Numbered from the whole stretch's first letter, positions 28,568 through 38,384 are shown. The stretch: 59,963 nucleotides of DNA, filler included, from 5 parts of 5 records of this genome joined end to end with filler, not necessarily neighbours in it, one strand, 5' to 3'. Notes: generated from the letters alone by a model not told the origin. Program-made: numbers and translations.

Positions 28568-28858
28568 ATGACCGGTCAAAATTGGCCTCGGTTGGCGAAT
28601 AGAACCGGAAATACGGAAACCATGCTTTACCCTGAACTGTTGAAATCCAGTTCATGTCACCTGCGGTGGGCGCATCTGGGTGAACCCAACCTGCCCCTCA
28701 CTGAGATCGCTTATGCTCTGGGATACAAAGGTCATGCGAACTTTTCGCACGCCTTCAACCGCTCAACGAGATGGAACAAAGTCTCAAAATCTCAATTTTC
28801 TGTCCTGAAATCGAAAGAAACCAGCCGGCCGCATTCCCACATCAAGTTCAAGAGATGA
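28568..28858 (+). pseudogene. Remnant of an AraC-family regulator (second HTH only)
   Basis: LTEIAYALGYKGHANFSHAFNR matches the AraC C-terminal HTH; flanking sequence is unrelated. Confidence 0.55.
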
Positions 28859-28926
28859 GATATTCTAACCGATAAGAGGATAATCGGTTTCCAGATCTCT
28901 CTCTATTGAGAAAGAAAGGGAAAACC

Positions 28927-29277
28927 ATGACTTACCAAAACAACTCTCTTGGGTTTCCAGCCCAAGCCACCGACGGAACTTGGGTTCTTGCTGATCCAGA
29001 ACAGTCATTTAACGGCTTTTCTGTAACTCTCCCTGTAGACCGGAATGTCACCGAACCATTCAAAGTGGGCCAACTTGTTCGCCTGTCACAAAGAATGGTA
29101 AATGGCGAAAAAGTATTGTGGCGGGTGGTCGCTCAGACCCCCGGTGTATTTGGCCCTGTCGCCGTGCTTGTCCCCACCGACGTCCCCGCCAGCGTTCCCG
29201 CGACTTCGGTCGAGCGGGCAGAACAAACTGTCGAAACCCGCCCCCATTCCGCCAATTCGGAAAAGCTGGCTGCCTGA
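28927..29277 (+). CDS. Hypothetical protein
   Basis: AAAGGGA RBS then ATG; 116-aa ORF directly upstream of the polysaccharide operon. Confidence 0.5.
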   Translation: MTYQNNSLGFPAQATDGTWVLADPEQSFNGFSVTLPVDRNVTEPFKVGQLVRLSQRMVNGEKVLWRVVAQTPGVFGPVAVLVPTDVPASVPATSVERAEQTVETRPHSANSEKLAA

Positions 29278-29346
29278 ACTTTTCCTTGCGTAAAAATGGA
29301 TATCCGCTCCTAATCGGGCTGTATTCTTGCTACGCGAGATTTTCCG

Positions 29347-30675
29347 ATGATGCGATTCAATATTCTACTTATAGCGACTCGCGCCGAACCCACGTTCGGC
29401 CCGGACATCACCGTCACGACCATGGCGCTGGCGGATCTCGATCAGGATGCAGTCTCTCGCGATTTCGACGCTGTGATCGTTGCTGAAGAGAACGCATCGG
29501 TTCTGACATCTCTAAGGGCCAACCTGTGGCTGGCTCCTCTTCCCATTTTTGCGATCAGCCCTTTGGTTGCTGCCCACCCTTTGTGTGATGGGCTGGCGCC
29601 CGCAGATCTTGCCACAGTCCTGAACACGGTAAAAAGCCGCGCCCGCGAATACTCGGACAAGCTGGACGGCACGGTCGAGCGCACGGTTCTTGCCTACTTG
29701 TGGGCGCTGGATACACGACGCCTGACCCCAACAATCCATTTAGATCAGTCCCAAATCTACGCTTATGATTTTCTGACCGGCCTGGGCGTTGACCCTCCTT
29801 CGAGATGGCTGGCCGACGCTGAGCGCACAGGCCTGATCGCGCCAGACAAGGTTGTGGACCGCACCCGAAACTGTGGAAATTGCGGCGGGGCGCATCTGAA
29901 CTATGTGGATCGATGCCCGTATTGCGACGGACTCGAGGTGTTTGCTGAACAAGCCATCCATTGCTTCACCTGCGGCCTTATCGCCGAAGAAGGACACTAT
30001 GCGCGCGGCGAACGGCTGGTGTGTCCCAAATGCCAAACAGCTTTGAAACACATCGGCACAGATTATGACCGCCCAATTGAGCGGCTTAGATGCGGCGATT
30101 GTGGTGAGCGGTTCAACGATGCCAGGGTCAAGGCAACCTGCCTGGAGTGTGAAACGGTCAACGCCCAAGACGCGCTTCGGTCCCAAACATACCGCTCCTA
30201 CCGGATCGGCCCCGCCGGAGAGACCCTGATACGACTGGGCCGCCAGCCAGCAGATACCGTCCAACCTTTTGGCGAGGCACTGGGCAAGGATCAGTTCCTA
30301 TGGACCCTCAGCTGGCTGAACGCAGTGGCCGAAACCCCAAACAACACAGCGGCACTTGCAAAGGTTTCTGTGGGCAGGCGTCCGTCCGACAATGACCCAG
30401 AAAAAGCAGAGATCGCTTCCCTGCGCGCGCAGATCGGGACTCTCTTGTCGCCGTCTGAAATTATTCACTTCTATGATCCCGAAACGATACTGCTGCTCTT
30501 GCCTCAGGACGGGTCAAACCGCTTGCAAAAGATTGCGAATGACCTGCAGGGGATTTCGTCATCCCATATGTCCGGCGATGTCGAACTGATCATACAAAGT
30601 GTTCACTTGCCCCAACCCAAGATCGCCTCCGATGCGCCCCATTGGCTGGAACAGTTCGCTGGACCAAATAAATGA
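29347..30675 (+). CDS. TackOD1-like multi-CxxC metal-binding protein with degenerate REC-like N-terminus and degenerate GGDEF-like C-terminus
   Basis: Six CxxC motifs (CGNC, CPYC, HCFTCG, CPKC, CGDC, CLEC) and LKHIGTDYDRP. Confidence 0.75.
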   Translation: MMRFNILLIATRAEPTFGPDITVTTMALADLDQDAVSRDFDAVIVAEENASVLTSLRANLWLAPLPIFAISPLVAAHPLCDGLAPADLATVLNTVKSRAREYSDKLDGTVERTVLAYLWALDTRRLTPTIHLDQSQIYAYDFLTGLGVDPPSRWLADAERTGLIAPDKVVDRTRNCGNCGGAHLNYVDRCPYCDGLEVFAEQAIHCFTCGLIAEEGHYARGERLVCPKCQTALKHIGTDYDRPIERLRCGDCGERFNDARVKATCLECETVNAQDALRSQTYRSYRIGPAGETLIRLGRQPADTVQPFGEALGKDQFLWTLSWLNAVAETPNNTAALAKVSVGRRPSDNDPEKAEIASLRAQIGTLLSPSEIIHFYDPETILLLLPQDGSNRLQKIANDLQGISSSHMSGDVELIIQSVHLPQPKIASDAPHWLEQFAGPNK

Positions 30676-32000
30676 CAGTGGTTCCGGTCGCCATTCTTGA
30701 GACTGGAACAGGTATCGTGGGTGCGATCCTCCAAGACCCATTGATGCTGTACATTCTGGTTCCGATGATCCTGATTGTTGAGGCGCCGCTAACCTTGGTT
30801 GTCCTCACCGGGATGCTGAAATGGCGTCGGAAATACGACCGCCGCTCCCCATCTCGGTCCTGTCCTGACGTTTCGTGCATTATCACCTGCTATGGCGAAG
30901 GCGACGCGATCACCAAGACAATCCTGACGCTGTGCGAACAGACCTATCGTGGCCATATCGAGATCATCGCCGTCATTGATGGGGCCGTGCAAAATGCGGA
31001 CACCTATCAGGCCGCGCTCAATTGCGAGGCACTGGTCGCCGACTATCCGCGCCGAAAGCTGATCGTTCTACCGAAATGGCAGCGCGGCGGGCGCGTTTCG
31101 ACCCTAAACGCCGGGCTGTATGCTGCGACTGGGACCATCGTCATGAACGCCGATGGCGACACGTCTTTCGACAACGACATGATGACCGAGATTATTCGCG
31201 AATTCGATGACCCCAACGTGCCCGCTGTCGGCGGGGCCCTACGTGTTCGCAACGACAAGGTGGGCATCGTCACCCGGATGCAGGCCCTCGAATACATGAT
31301 TTCGATTCAGGGCGGGAAAACTGGTCTGGGGGAATGGAACCTGCTGAACAACATCTCGGGGGCGTTCGGAGCGTTTCGCCGCGATTTCCTGCGCCAGATC
31401 GGAGGTTGGGATACCCATACAGCCGAAGACCTGGATCTGACGGTCCGCATCAAACAATATTTTGGGCGCAACCCAGGAATGCGCATTCCATTCGCCGGAC
31501 GCGCAATCGGGCATACCGATGCCCCCGAAACCGCGCAGCAACTTATGAGTCAGCGTCTGCGCTGGGATGGGGATCTTGTCTTTCTGTACCTGCGCAAGCA
31601 CCGCCATGCCTTTGCACCAAGGCTGGTTGGCGGCAAGACGCTGGTTTTCACGTTCATCTACGGCGTGCTGCAAAACGTTCTCTTTCCGATCCTCATCGTG
31701 GCGTTCAACATTTGGCTGTTGCTGGTGTATCCGATCGAATTCGTGCTTGCAGTGTTGGGGCTGCAATATGCTCTCTATCTCATCTTTGGGGTGCTCTTGT
31801 TCGGTGTGTTCTGGCTGGGTGTTTCAGAAAGAATGCGCCAAGACGCGGTCGCGTGGCTGTGGCTGCCCGCCTACCCGGTCTATACGCTGCTGCTCAGGTT
31901 TTTCACTGCGTTTGCCATCCTGAACGAACTTTTGCGCAGAGGGCATGAGGAATCTAATATGGCGCCTTGGTGGGTGCTGAAACGGGGCCGGAGGTTCTGA
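30672..32000 (+). CDS. Processive GT2 polysaccharide synthase (IcaA/PgaC/HasA-like)
   Basis: IDG, NADGDT (DxD), SGAFGAFRR, AEDLDLT, QRLRW (QxxRW); one N-terminal and about three C-terminal TM helices; ATGA overlap with upstream gene. Confidence 0.9.
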   Translation: MTVVPVAILETGTGIVGAILQDPLMLYILVPMILIVEAPLTLVVLTGMLKWRRKYDRRSPSRSCPDVSCIITCYGEGDAITKTILTLCEQTYRGHIEIIAVIDGAVQNADTYQAALNCEALVADYPRRKLIVLPKWQRGGRVSTLNAGLYAATGTIVMNADGDTSFDNDMMTEIIREFDDPNVPAVGGALRVRNDKVGIVTRMQALEYMISIQGGKTGLGEWNLLNNISGAFGAFRRDFLRQIGGWDTHTAEDLDLTVRIKQYFGRNPGMRIPFAGRAIGHTDAPETAQQLMSQRLRWDGDLVFLYLRKHRHAFAPRLVGGKTLVFTFIYGVLQNVLFPILIVAFNIWLLLVYPIEFVLAVLGLQYALYLIFGVLLFGVFWLGVSERMRQDAVAWLWLPAYPVYTLLLRFFTAFAILNELLRRGHEESNMAPWWVLKRGRRF

Positions 32001-33028
32001 TGGAAGTTAAGTTTGAACGCCTTAAGGAGACCGATCCAACCGCACATGATGGGTTCAAGGTGGGCTATGCAGACGCCAAACGAGCCGGTTTTCGATGGCG
32101 GTGGCGTTTCATGCTGCTTTTGGTGATCAGCCCGATCCTGATTTGGGGCTGGATGGTGATGCAGGACCAAGTGCTGACACGAGCCGACGGGATTCTCACC
32201 TCTGAACCGATCCAGATGCGCGCCTCCGAGGCGGGGTTTGTAACAGCCGTAATGGTTGCCCCCGGCGACCGGGTAGAGGTCGGACAGCAGCTGTTTGATC
32301 TGTCATCCCCAGAAACGGACCGAAAGATTTCGCATTGGCAGGGAAACCTGTCCAAACTTGTCGAATACCAAGACCACATGATCGCTGAATTGCGCGGCGC
32401 GCTGGCCTCCCATCAGCAAAAGCTGGACGACTCTCGTGCCAAACAAGACGAGATCGCACAAAGCTATCGGCAGTTGGCCGAAAAAGGGCTGTTCAAGCTC
32501 TCCGACCAGATGCAGCTGAATGAGATGCGCCGCTCGCTGTCTCAGGATGAGCGCCAGCAAATGGTTGATCTGGAACGGCTCGAAAGCCTTCGTTTTACCC
32601 ATGACCTCGCCGACGAGATCCGCGAGATTGAACTGCAGATCGCAGTTGCCGAGGTGCAGCAAACCCAGCTGGATTCCCGATCTGATCGATCCGGTGTCGT
32701 CAACAGGCTCTACGTCAAAGAGGGTGAGTATGTGACCGAGGGCGATCTCTTGATCGAGCTCTCAAATTTCGAGACGCCCGTGATAAACGTGTTCCTGAAA
32801 CCTGAGCGGATGGGGCAGGCAACTGTTGGCAACAAGGTGGTCATCATTCTGCCCGATCGCACCCGGTATGATGGCGTTGTTTTGGAACCCCCACAGATCA
32901 CCGAGACCATACCAGCATCGCTCGCAGGGCCCTTCGAAGGGTCAGCACGGGCGATCAAAGTGGTGGTTGCGTTCGACGAAATGCCCGCGACCTGGATCGA
33001 AGGGTTGCCCGTGATTGTGAGGTTTTGA
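32000..33028 (+). CDS. HlyD-family membrane-fusion/periplasmic adaptor protein
   Basis: N-terminal TM; lipoyl halves (GFVTAVMVAPGDRVEVGQQL / GVVNRLYVKEGEYVTEGDLL) around a coiled coil; TGATG overlap. Confidence 0.85.
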   Translation: MEVKFERLKETDPTAHDGFKVGYADAKRAGFRWRWRFMLLLVISPILIWGWMVMQDQVLTRADGILTSEPIQMRASEAGFVTAVMVAPGDRVEVGQQLFDLSSPETDRKISHWQGNLSKLVEYQDHMIAELRGALASHQQKLDDSRAKQDEIAQSYRQLAEKGLFKLSDQMQLNEMRRSLSQDERQQMVDLERLESLRFTHDLADEIREIELQIAVAEVQQTQLDSRSDRSGVVNRLYVKEGEYVTEGDLLIELSNFETPVINVFLKPERMGQATVGNKVVIILPDRTRYDGVVLEPPQITETIPASLAGPFEGSARAIKVVVAFDEMPATWIEGLPVIVRF

Positions 33029-34038
33029 TGAGCATACTGGTGACCGGAGGCGCAGGTTACATCGGCACGCATACCTGCCTTGAACTGCTTTTGGCGGGCT
33101 ACGATGTCGTCGTTTACGACAACTTCCGAAATGGCCATGTCGAAGCACTTCACAGGGTCGAAAAGCTCGCCGGGCGCAGTCTGACGATCGTAGAGGGCGA
33201 TATACAGGACAAGCCATCGCTGGTTCAGGCAATCCGCACGCACGCATGCACGCGCGTCATTCACCTCGCAGGCCTAAAGGCCGTAGGAGAGTCGATTAGC
33301 GATCCAATGTCCTTTTATAAAAATAACGTTTTCGGGTCGATCATCCTGCTGGACGCGATGGCGGAATGCGATGTGAAATCAATCATTTTCAGTTCCTCGG
33401 CCACGGTTTACGGAGACCCCAAATGGCTTCCCATCACCGAAGAACATCCGCTAAGTGTCAAAAACCCGTACGGGCGGACAAAGCTTATGGTCGAAAACAT
33501 CCTGCGGGACTTGTTCAAGGCAGACCCCAGTTGGTCTATTGGCATCCTGAGGTATTTTAACCCTGTGGGCGCGCATCCCAGCGGACGGATTGGCGAAGAC
33601 CCCCGAAAGGAACCCTCCAACCTCATGCCCTATATCGCTCAGGTCGCGGTTGGGATCAGACCGCATTTGCGGATCTGGGGGGATGACTACCCCACATTGG
33701 ACGGGACCGGAGAGCGGGATTACATCCACGTTGTGGACCTCGCACGGGGGCATCTGGCCGCGCTATCTGCTCTGGGCGCGCCGAAATTGTTTTCAGTGAA
33801 TCTCGGGACCGGTAACAGCTATAGCGTCTTGGAAATGGTCCAAGGATTAAAACAAGCCTCCGGTCGAGAGATCCCAGTCAAAAAGCTAAGCCGACGCGAA
33901 GGCGATACCGCCACGTGTTTTGCGGATCCCTCAATGGCCAAATCGGTTCTCGGCTGGGAGGCGGAATTTGGCATCGAAGAAATGTGCCGCGACCAATGGA
34001 ACTGGCGGGTCAACAACCCGAATGGTTACGATACCTAG
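33028..34038 (+). CDS. galE: UDP-glucose 4-epimerase
   Basis: TGGAGYIG, HLAGLKAVGES, FSSSATVYG, YGRTK, LRYFNPVGAHPSG, RDYIHVVDLA; TGATG overlap. Confidence 0.95.
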   Translation: MSILVTGGAGYIGTHTCLELLLAGYDVVVYDNFRNGHVEALHRVEKLAGRSLTIVEGDIQDKPSLVQAIRTHACTRVIHLAGLKAVGESISDPMSFYKNNVFGSIILLDAMAECDVKSIIFSSSATVYGDPKWLPITEEHPLSVKNPYGRTKLMVENILRDLFKADPSWSIGILRYFNPVGAHPSGRIGEDPRKEPSNLMPYIAQVAVGIRPHLRIWGDDYPTLDGTGERDYIHVVDLARGHLAALSALGAPKLFSVNLGTGNSYSVLEMVQGLKQASGREIPVKKLSRREGDTATCFADPSMAKSVLGWEAEFGIEEMCRDQWNWRVNNPNGYDT

Positions 34039-34199
34039 CCACTCCGCACGTGATCTGAAAATACCCCAACGCGGTTGGCGCGGCGCCAAGCCTTAGCCGC
34101 AGCACCGTACAAAGAGCAGAGACTGCAAAGTCGAATATCTAAGGTCCAATTCCCCAATCAACTGACCCTGCGGATGACAACATGGATGAACTTCTTCTG

Positions 34200-35444
34200 A
34201 TGTGGCCTCGCTTTGCATTAACCGCCTTGATAGCAAGCTTTGCATCAGCCGCATCTTCTCAAGAGTCCAGCCCGCGTGATCGGCTTGAAGCCGCTGCGAC
34301 AACCTCGATTGGTGGCCCTGCGAGCGCCGAAGCCCAGCAGGAACAAGATCGGCTGCGCAGGCTGCAAACCTCACGATGGCCCGGATTTGATCGCACCATT
34401 GATCCCGCTGAATCCTGGAAAGAGCAGCTGCGAAAAGACACCGGCCTTACCCTGTCGTTTGACTATCAGGCGCTCTACCAAAACTCCAACAGCACCGTTT
34501 CCGGTGTTGACCAAGGCGCGGCGGGACAAGCCAGAATTCTGGGCACATGGACACTTGCGGATCGTGACGGCAGTAACCCCGGCAGCTTTGTCTTCATCCT
34601 CGAGAACCGGCACAAGCTGGGTCTGGACCAGACACCCGCCGGTCTCGCCGGAGAGATTGGCTATGCCGGACTCACTGGCCTGACCTTTGGCGACAATGGC
34701 TCCGTCCTGTCTGTTGCCTATTGGTCTCAGGCGATCATGGGTGGGCGCGGCGGCCTCGTTGCGGGCCGAATTGATCCGGGCGATTACACCGACATTCTGG
34801 GCTACGTGAATCCCCGCACCGGGTTTCAGAACTATGCGATCAATTTCAATCCCGTCCTGACAATCCCGGACCCTGGCTTTGGAATCGGTGGCGGCATCCA
34901 CCTGACGGATCAGATCTATGTGCTTGGGGTTGTTTCGGATGCAAATGGGTCGCTGACGGACGTTGACTGGTTTCCGGGCGGCGCCGAGTTCTACAAATAC
35001 GCCCAGATCGGCTGGACGCCAGCACGCAATCAACGCTACCTGACCAATGTCCACCTCGGTGCCTATCACATCGACGCCCGCGCGGACAAAGGCCTGCCAT
35101 CCAGCTCGGGTGTAGTTCTGTCCGGCAACTACACATTTGAGAATGACCTGATGGTGTTTGGACGCATGGGGTGGTCCGACGGCAATGACCCAATTGCCAA
35201 ACGGGGGGCGACCGGCGGGTTGATCTGGCGACCGGGGTTCTATGACGACCTCTTTGGCATCGCGGCAACATGGGCAGAACCCGTAACCGCTGGGTTGAAG
35301 AATCAAACCACGCTCGAGGCCTTCTATCGCTTGGACATCTCTGACAATCTGGCCCTGACAGCAGACGTCCAATACCTCAACAACCCCGGTGCCAACACAG
35401 CAGACCCGCTGGTGTTTGGTCTCAGGCTTCGCTTCAACCTCTGA
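34200..35444 (+). CDS. Carbohydrate-selective porin (OprB family)
   Basis: Signal peptide, amphipathic beta strands, GRIDP, QTTLEAFYR...LTADVQYL..P...VFGLRLRFNL; start 34182 or 34200. Confidence 0.75.
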   Translation: MWPRFALTALIASFASAASSQESSPRDRLEAAATTSIGGPASAEAQQEQDRLRRLQTSRWPGFDRTIDPAESWKEQLRKDTGLTLSFDYQALYQNSNSTVSGVDQGAAGQARILGTWTLADRDGSNPGSFVFILENRHKLGLDQTPAGLAGEIGYAGLTGLTFGDNGSVLSVAYWSQAIMGGRGGLVAGRIDPGDYTDILGYVNPRTGFQNYAINFNPVLTIPDPGFGIGGGIHLTDQIYVLGVVSDANGSLTDVDWFPGGAEFYKYAQIGWTPARNQRYLTNVHLGAYHIDARADKGLPSSSGVVLSGNYTFENDLMVFGRMGWSDGNDPIAKRGATGGLIWRPGFYDDLFGIAATWAEPVTAGLKNQTTLEAFYRLDISDNLALTADVQYLNNPGANTADPLVFGLRLRFNL

Positions 35445-35512
35445 AAACGAACCGTGACAACGCGCGCCCTCGGACGAAAAACAGGCTTGGCACAGGCCGC
35501 CGCCCGGGCAAC

Positions 35513-35806
35513 CTAGCTCTCTTTGCTTGCCCGGTCCAAGTGGCCCAAATCCCGCGTCGGTTCGATCCGATCCCGCACCCGCGACTTCAGCTCTTTGACA
35601 TCCGGGAACCCGCCATCACGCTTGCGTTCCCAAATCAGATGCCCATCCACGGAAATCTCAAAAACGCCGCCCATTTCACCGGGCACCAACGTCACCCCGC
35701 CAACTGTATCCTGAAACGTCTGCAGCAGTTCCTGCGCCATCCAACCGGCGCGCAGCAGCCAGTTGCAGCCGATACAATAGGTGATCGTCACCTGGGGTTT
35801 GGTCAT
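35513..35806 (-). CDS. SelT/SelW/SelH (Rdx) family protein
   Basis: ITYCIGCNWLLRAGWMAQELL, GGVFEI, WERKRDGGFP. Confidence 0.9.
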   Translation of the reverse strand: MTKPQVTITYCIGCNWLLRAGWMAQELLQTFQDTVGGVTLVPGEMGGVFEISVDGHLIWERKRDGGFPDVKELKSRVRDRIEPTRDLGHLDRASKES

Positions 35807-35899
35807 CTGCCTATTTCCTTCTGTTCTGCGCTCCAGACTGGCCCTGACATCAACAGGGCCAGTCTGAGGTTCACCCATACAGAAAACAAACGCGATGCT

Positions 35900-36913
35900 C
35901 TACTTGCTATGCATCCGCCGCTTGCGGTCCCGCGTCACCCGCGTCGCCTCCTCTGACCCTTCATGAAAGGTGCCGAACCACCTGTCCCACGGCATTTCGC
36001 TGTTACCATAGTTACACTCATAATAGCGGTGATGCAGCTGGTGGAAAAAGGCCCCGATCAACAGCTGTTGCCGATCCCGCGCCCAGATCGCCTCGTACCC
36101 CGAATGCGACGACGCCGCGCCCAACAGCAACCAATAGCCCAAGAACAACATGTGGACCGGATGGCTGGGCAGCACCAACAGGATCAACATCGCACTGAAA
36201 AAGAACAGATGCTCGACCGGATGCATCGACGTGCCCGACCACGGCCCCGTATTCACATTGCGATGATGCACCGAATGCACATGCCGGTACAGTTTGGGGT
36301 GATGCAACACGATGTGAACCCCATAGAAATGCAGGCTCTGCCAGATCGCCAACAGGGGAAACAACAGCACAAACCAGATCGGATGGGCGCCAAACTGCAG
36401 CGTGTTCAAACTGCCATTGGCATACATCCAGCGCAGCCCGATCTCATAGGCGGAATAGATCGGCACACCAGACACCAGCGAATAGAACATGTTGTCCCAT
36501 GTCTGATAGCCAAATTTATACAGCGCATTCTTGCGCTTCATATAGGGGCGTGGGTCGTATTTCAGCAGCTTGCCTTGGCCGTCGACCCCATAAAACCAAA
36601 GGTGCAAACCACCGGCAACCACCAGCAACGCAATCCAATTGCGCACCAAAACCCAAGTCATCCATCCGGGCGCAAACTTAGCCTGCTCTGGACCAACGGG
36701 TTGCACCCACAGACCAACAATCAACGCCATTATCAAAAAGAGAGATCGATCCGACACCTGCAGATAATTCTGCCAGGCCCATCGGATTACGGTCATAGGC
36801 CGGGGTGGCCAGTGCCAGAAAGGTGCGAACCCTACAGGAAGCTCAGGATGCCAATGCCACTCACGGCTCATCGGGCCCTGCTCGGGCCTGTTTTCGGGGG
36901 TTAAATCGGTCAT
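35900..36913 (-). CDS. Sterol desaturase / fatty-acid hydroxylase family protein
   Basis: His boxes HFYGVH, HSVHHR, SHSG, FHQLHHRY, WDRWFGT. Confidence 0.88.
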   Translation of the reverse strand: MTDLTPENRPEQGPMSREWHWHPELPVGFAPFWHWPPRPMTVIRWAWQNYLQVSDRSLFLIMALIVGLWVQPVGPEQAKFAPGWMTWVLVRNWIALLVVAGGLHLWFYGVDGQGKLLKYDPRPYMKRKNALYKFGYQTWDNMFYSLVSGVPIYSAYEIGLRWMYANGSLNTLQFGAHPIWFVLLFPLLAIWQSLHFYGVHIVLHHPKLYRHVHSVHHRNVNTGPWSGTSMHPVEHLFFFSAMLILLVLPSHPVHMLFLGYWLLLGAASSHSGYEAIWARDRQQLLIGAFFHQLHHRYYECNYGNSEMPWDRWFGTFHEGSEEATRVTRDRKRRMHSK

Positions 36914-37209
36914 TTTTTCGTCCATCAAATGCAGTTTCAGGTTGCTCGAACAACGCTGTCGTGGGCGGAGCAAACGGGAAAAAGCGGTTGATGGCATACA
37001 TGGGTCAGGTCCTTGACTTGCCCCCTTACACGACCAAATCAAAACCCCTCGTGCGCCACTGATATCGACATTGATATGGTCGTTTTCAGGCAGTTACGCA
37101 GTGATATCGATCGTTAAGAAGCGCACAAAGCGAAGGGCTGGTTTTATCCCCAGATCGCGTTACCCTTAGAGCACAAGATTTCGATACATAGTTGTTTTCA
37201 GGAGCTCTC

Positions 37210-37707
37210 ATGTCGCAATATCCACGAACATTTTCACATATTGGCCTATCGGTTCCAGACGTAGATGCCGCCGTAAAATTCTATTCTGAGGTGCTTGGTT
37301 TTTATGTCATCATGCCGCCCACAGACGTGACTGAAGACGACAGTGACATTGGTGTGATGTGCACGGATGTCTTTGGTCCTGAATGGAAAAAACTCAGAAT
37401 TGCGCATATGGCAACGGCCGATCGGGTCGGCATCGAGATCTTTGAATTTGATGGGAATTACGCGCCCGAAAACAACATAGATTTCCGGCGCAACGGCACA
37501 TTTCACTTTTGCATCCAAGACCCAGACGTTGAAGGGTTGGTTGAAAAAATCGTTGCCGCCGGCGGCAAACAACACATGCCGATCCGGCACTATTATCCGG
37601 GCGAAAAACCGTACCGGATGGTCTATGTCGAAGACCCGTTTGGGATCGTGTTCGAACTCTATAGCCATTCATACGAGCTAACTTATTCGTCCGGTGCCTA
37701 CACCTGA
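37210..37707 (+). CDS. Lactoylglutathione lyase-like VOC family protein
   Basis: FSHIGLSVPD, FHFCIQDPD, YVEDPFG; AGGAG RBS. Confidence 0.88.
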   Translation: MSQYPRTFSHIGLSVPDVDAAVKFYSEVLGFYVIMPPTDVTEDDSDIGVMCTDVFGPEWKKLRIAHMATADRVGIEIFEFDGNYAPENNIDFRRNGTFHFCIQDPDVEGLVEKIVAAGGKQHMPIRHYYPGEKPYRMVYVEDPFGIVFELYSHSYELTYSSGAYT

Positions 37708-37986
37708 TCAGGGGAAAATCGCGCCCCTCAAATCGGCATTAACGTCCGTATTTTACCGGATTTCAGGGGGGTGTCATGCGTACACCCCCCGAGCACCTCT
37801 TGTGCACCCCCCGGAGTCCGTTTTTGGATTTCGGGTCGTGTTAACACGGCGCGCGGTGTCAGATTAGATTGGCGAATTGCCCGCCGGTTCGTGTCGCGAT
37901 ATGTCAACGGGCCGCCGGACTGAGATGTTGTTGGATCTCGCGATCCGCGTCATTCATCCTCCAACCAACACGTGAAAGGACTCGAC

Positions 37987-38328
37987 ATGATCGAACGTAT
38001 GGAAACCGGGGCGCGGTCCTCAAAAATCGTAAAGCACAATGGCGTGGCTTACATCACTGGACAGGTGGGTGAAGGCGAGACCATTCAGGCCCAAACCGAA
38101 GAGTGCCTGCGCCGTCTTGAGGTATTGTTGATCCAAGCCGGGTCATCACGTGAAAAGATGCTGCGCGCGACCATCTGGCTGTCAGACATGAGCCAATTTG
38201 CCGGGCTGAACGAAGTCTGGAACGCATGGGTTCCCGAAGGGTTCGCCCCTGCACGTGCTTGCGGCGAAGCCAAATTGGCGCGTCCTGAGCTGATGGTCGA
38301 AATCATCGTCGACGCGGCCTGCGATTAA
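37987..38328 (+). CDS. RidA family protein (YoaB-like)
   Basis: TGQV, ATIWLSDM, NEVWNAWV, PARAC, VEIIV. Confidence 0.9.
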   Translation: MIERMETGARSSKIVKHNGVAYITGQVGEGETIQAQTEECLRRLEVLLIQAGSSREKMLRATIWLSDMSQFAGLNEVWNAWVPEGFAPARACGEAKLARPELMVEIIVDAACD

Positions 38329-38384
38329 ACACAGGTTACGGGACATCAGACTTGATTTTACGGTCTGGTGTCCGACCAAAAGCG

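Noticed and set aside
35513-35806. Possible selenoprotein (SelW-like)
   Set aside because: The motif is CxxC with ordinary Cys codons; no in-frame TGA
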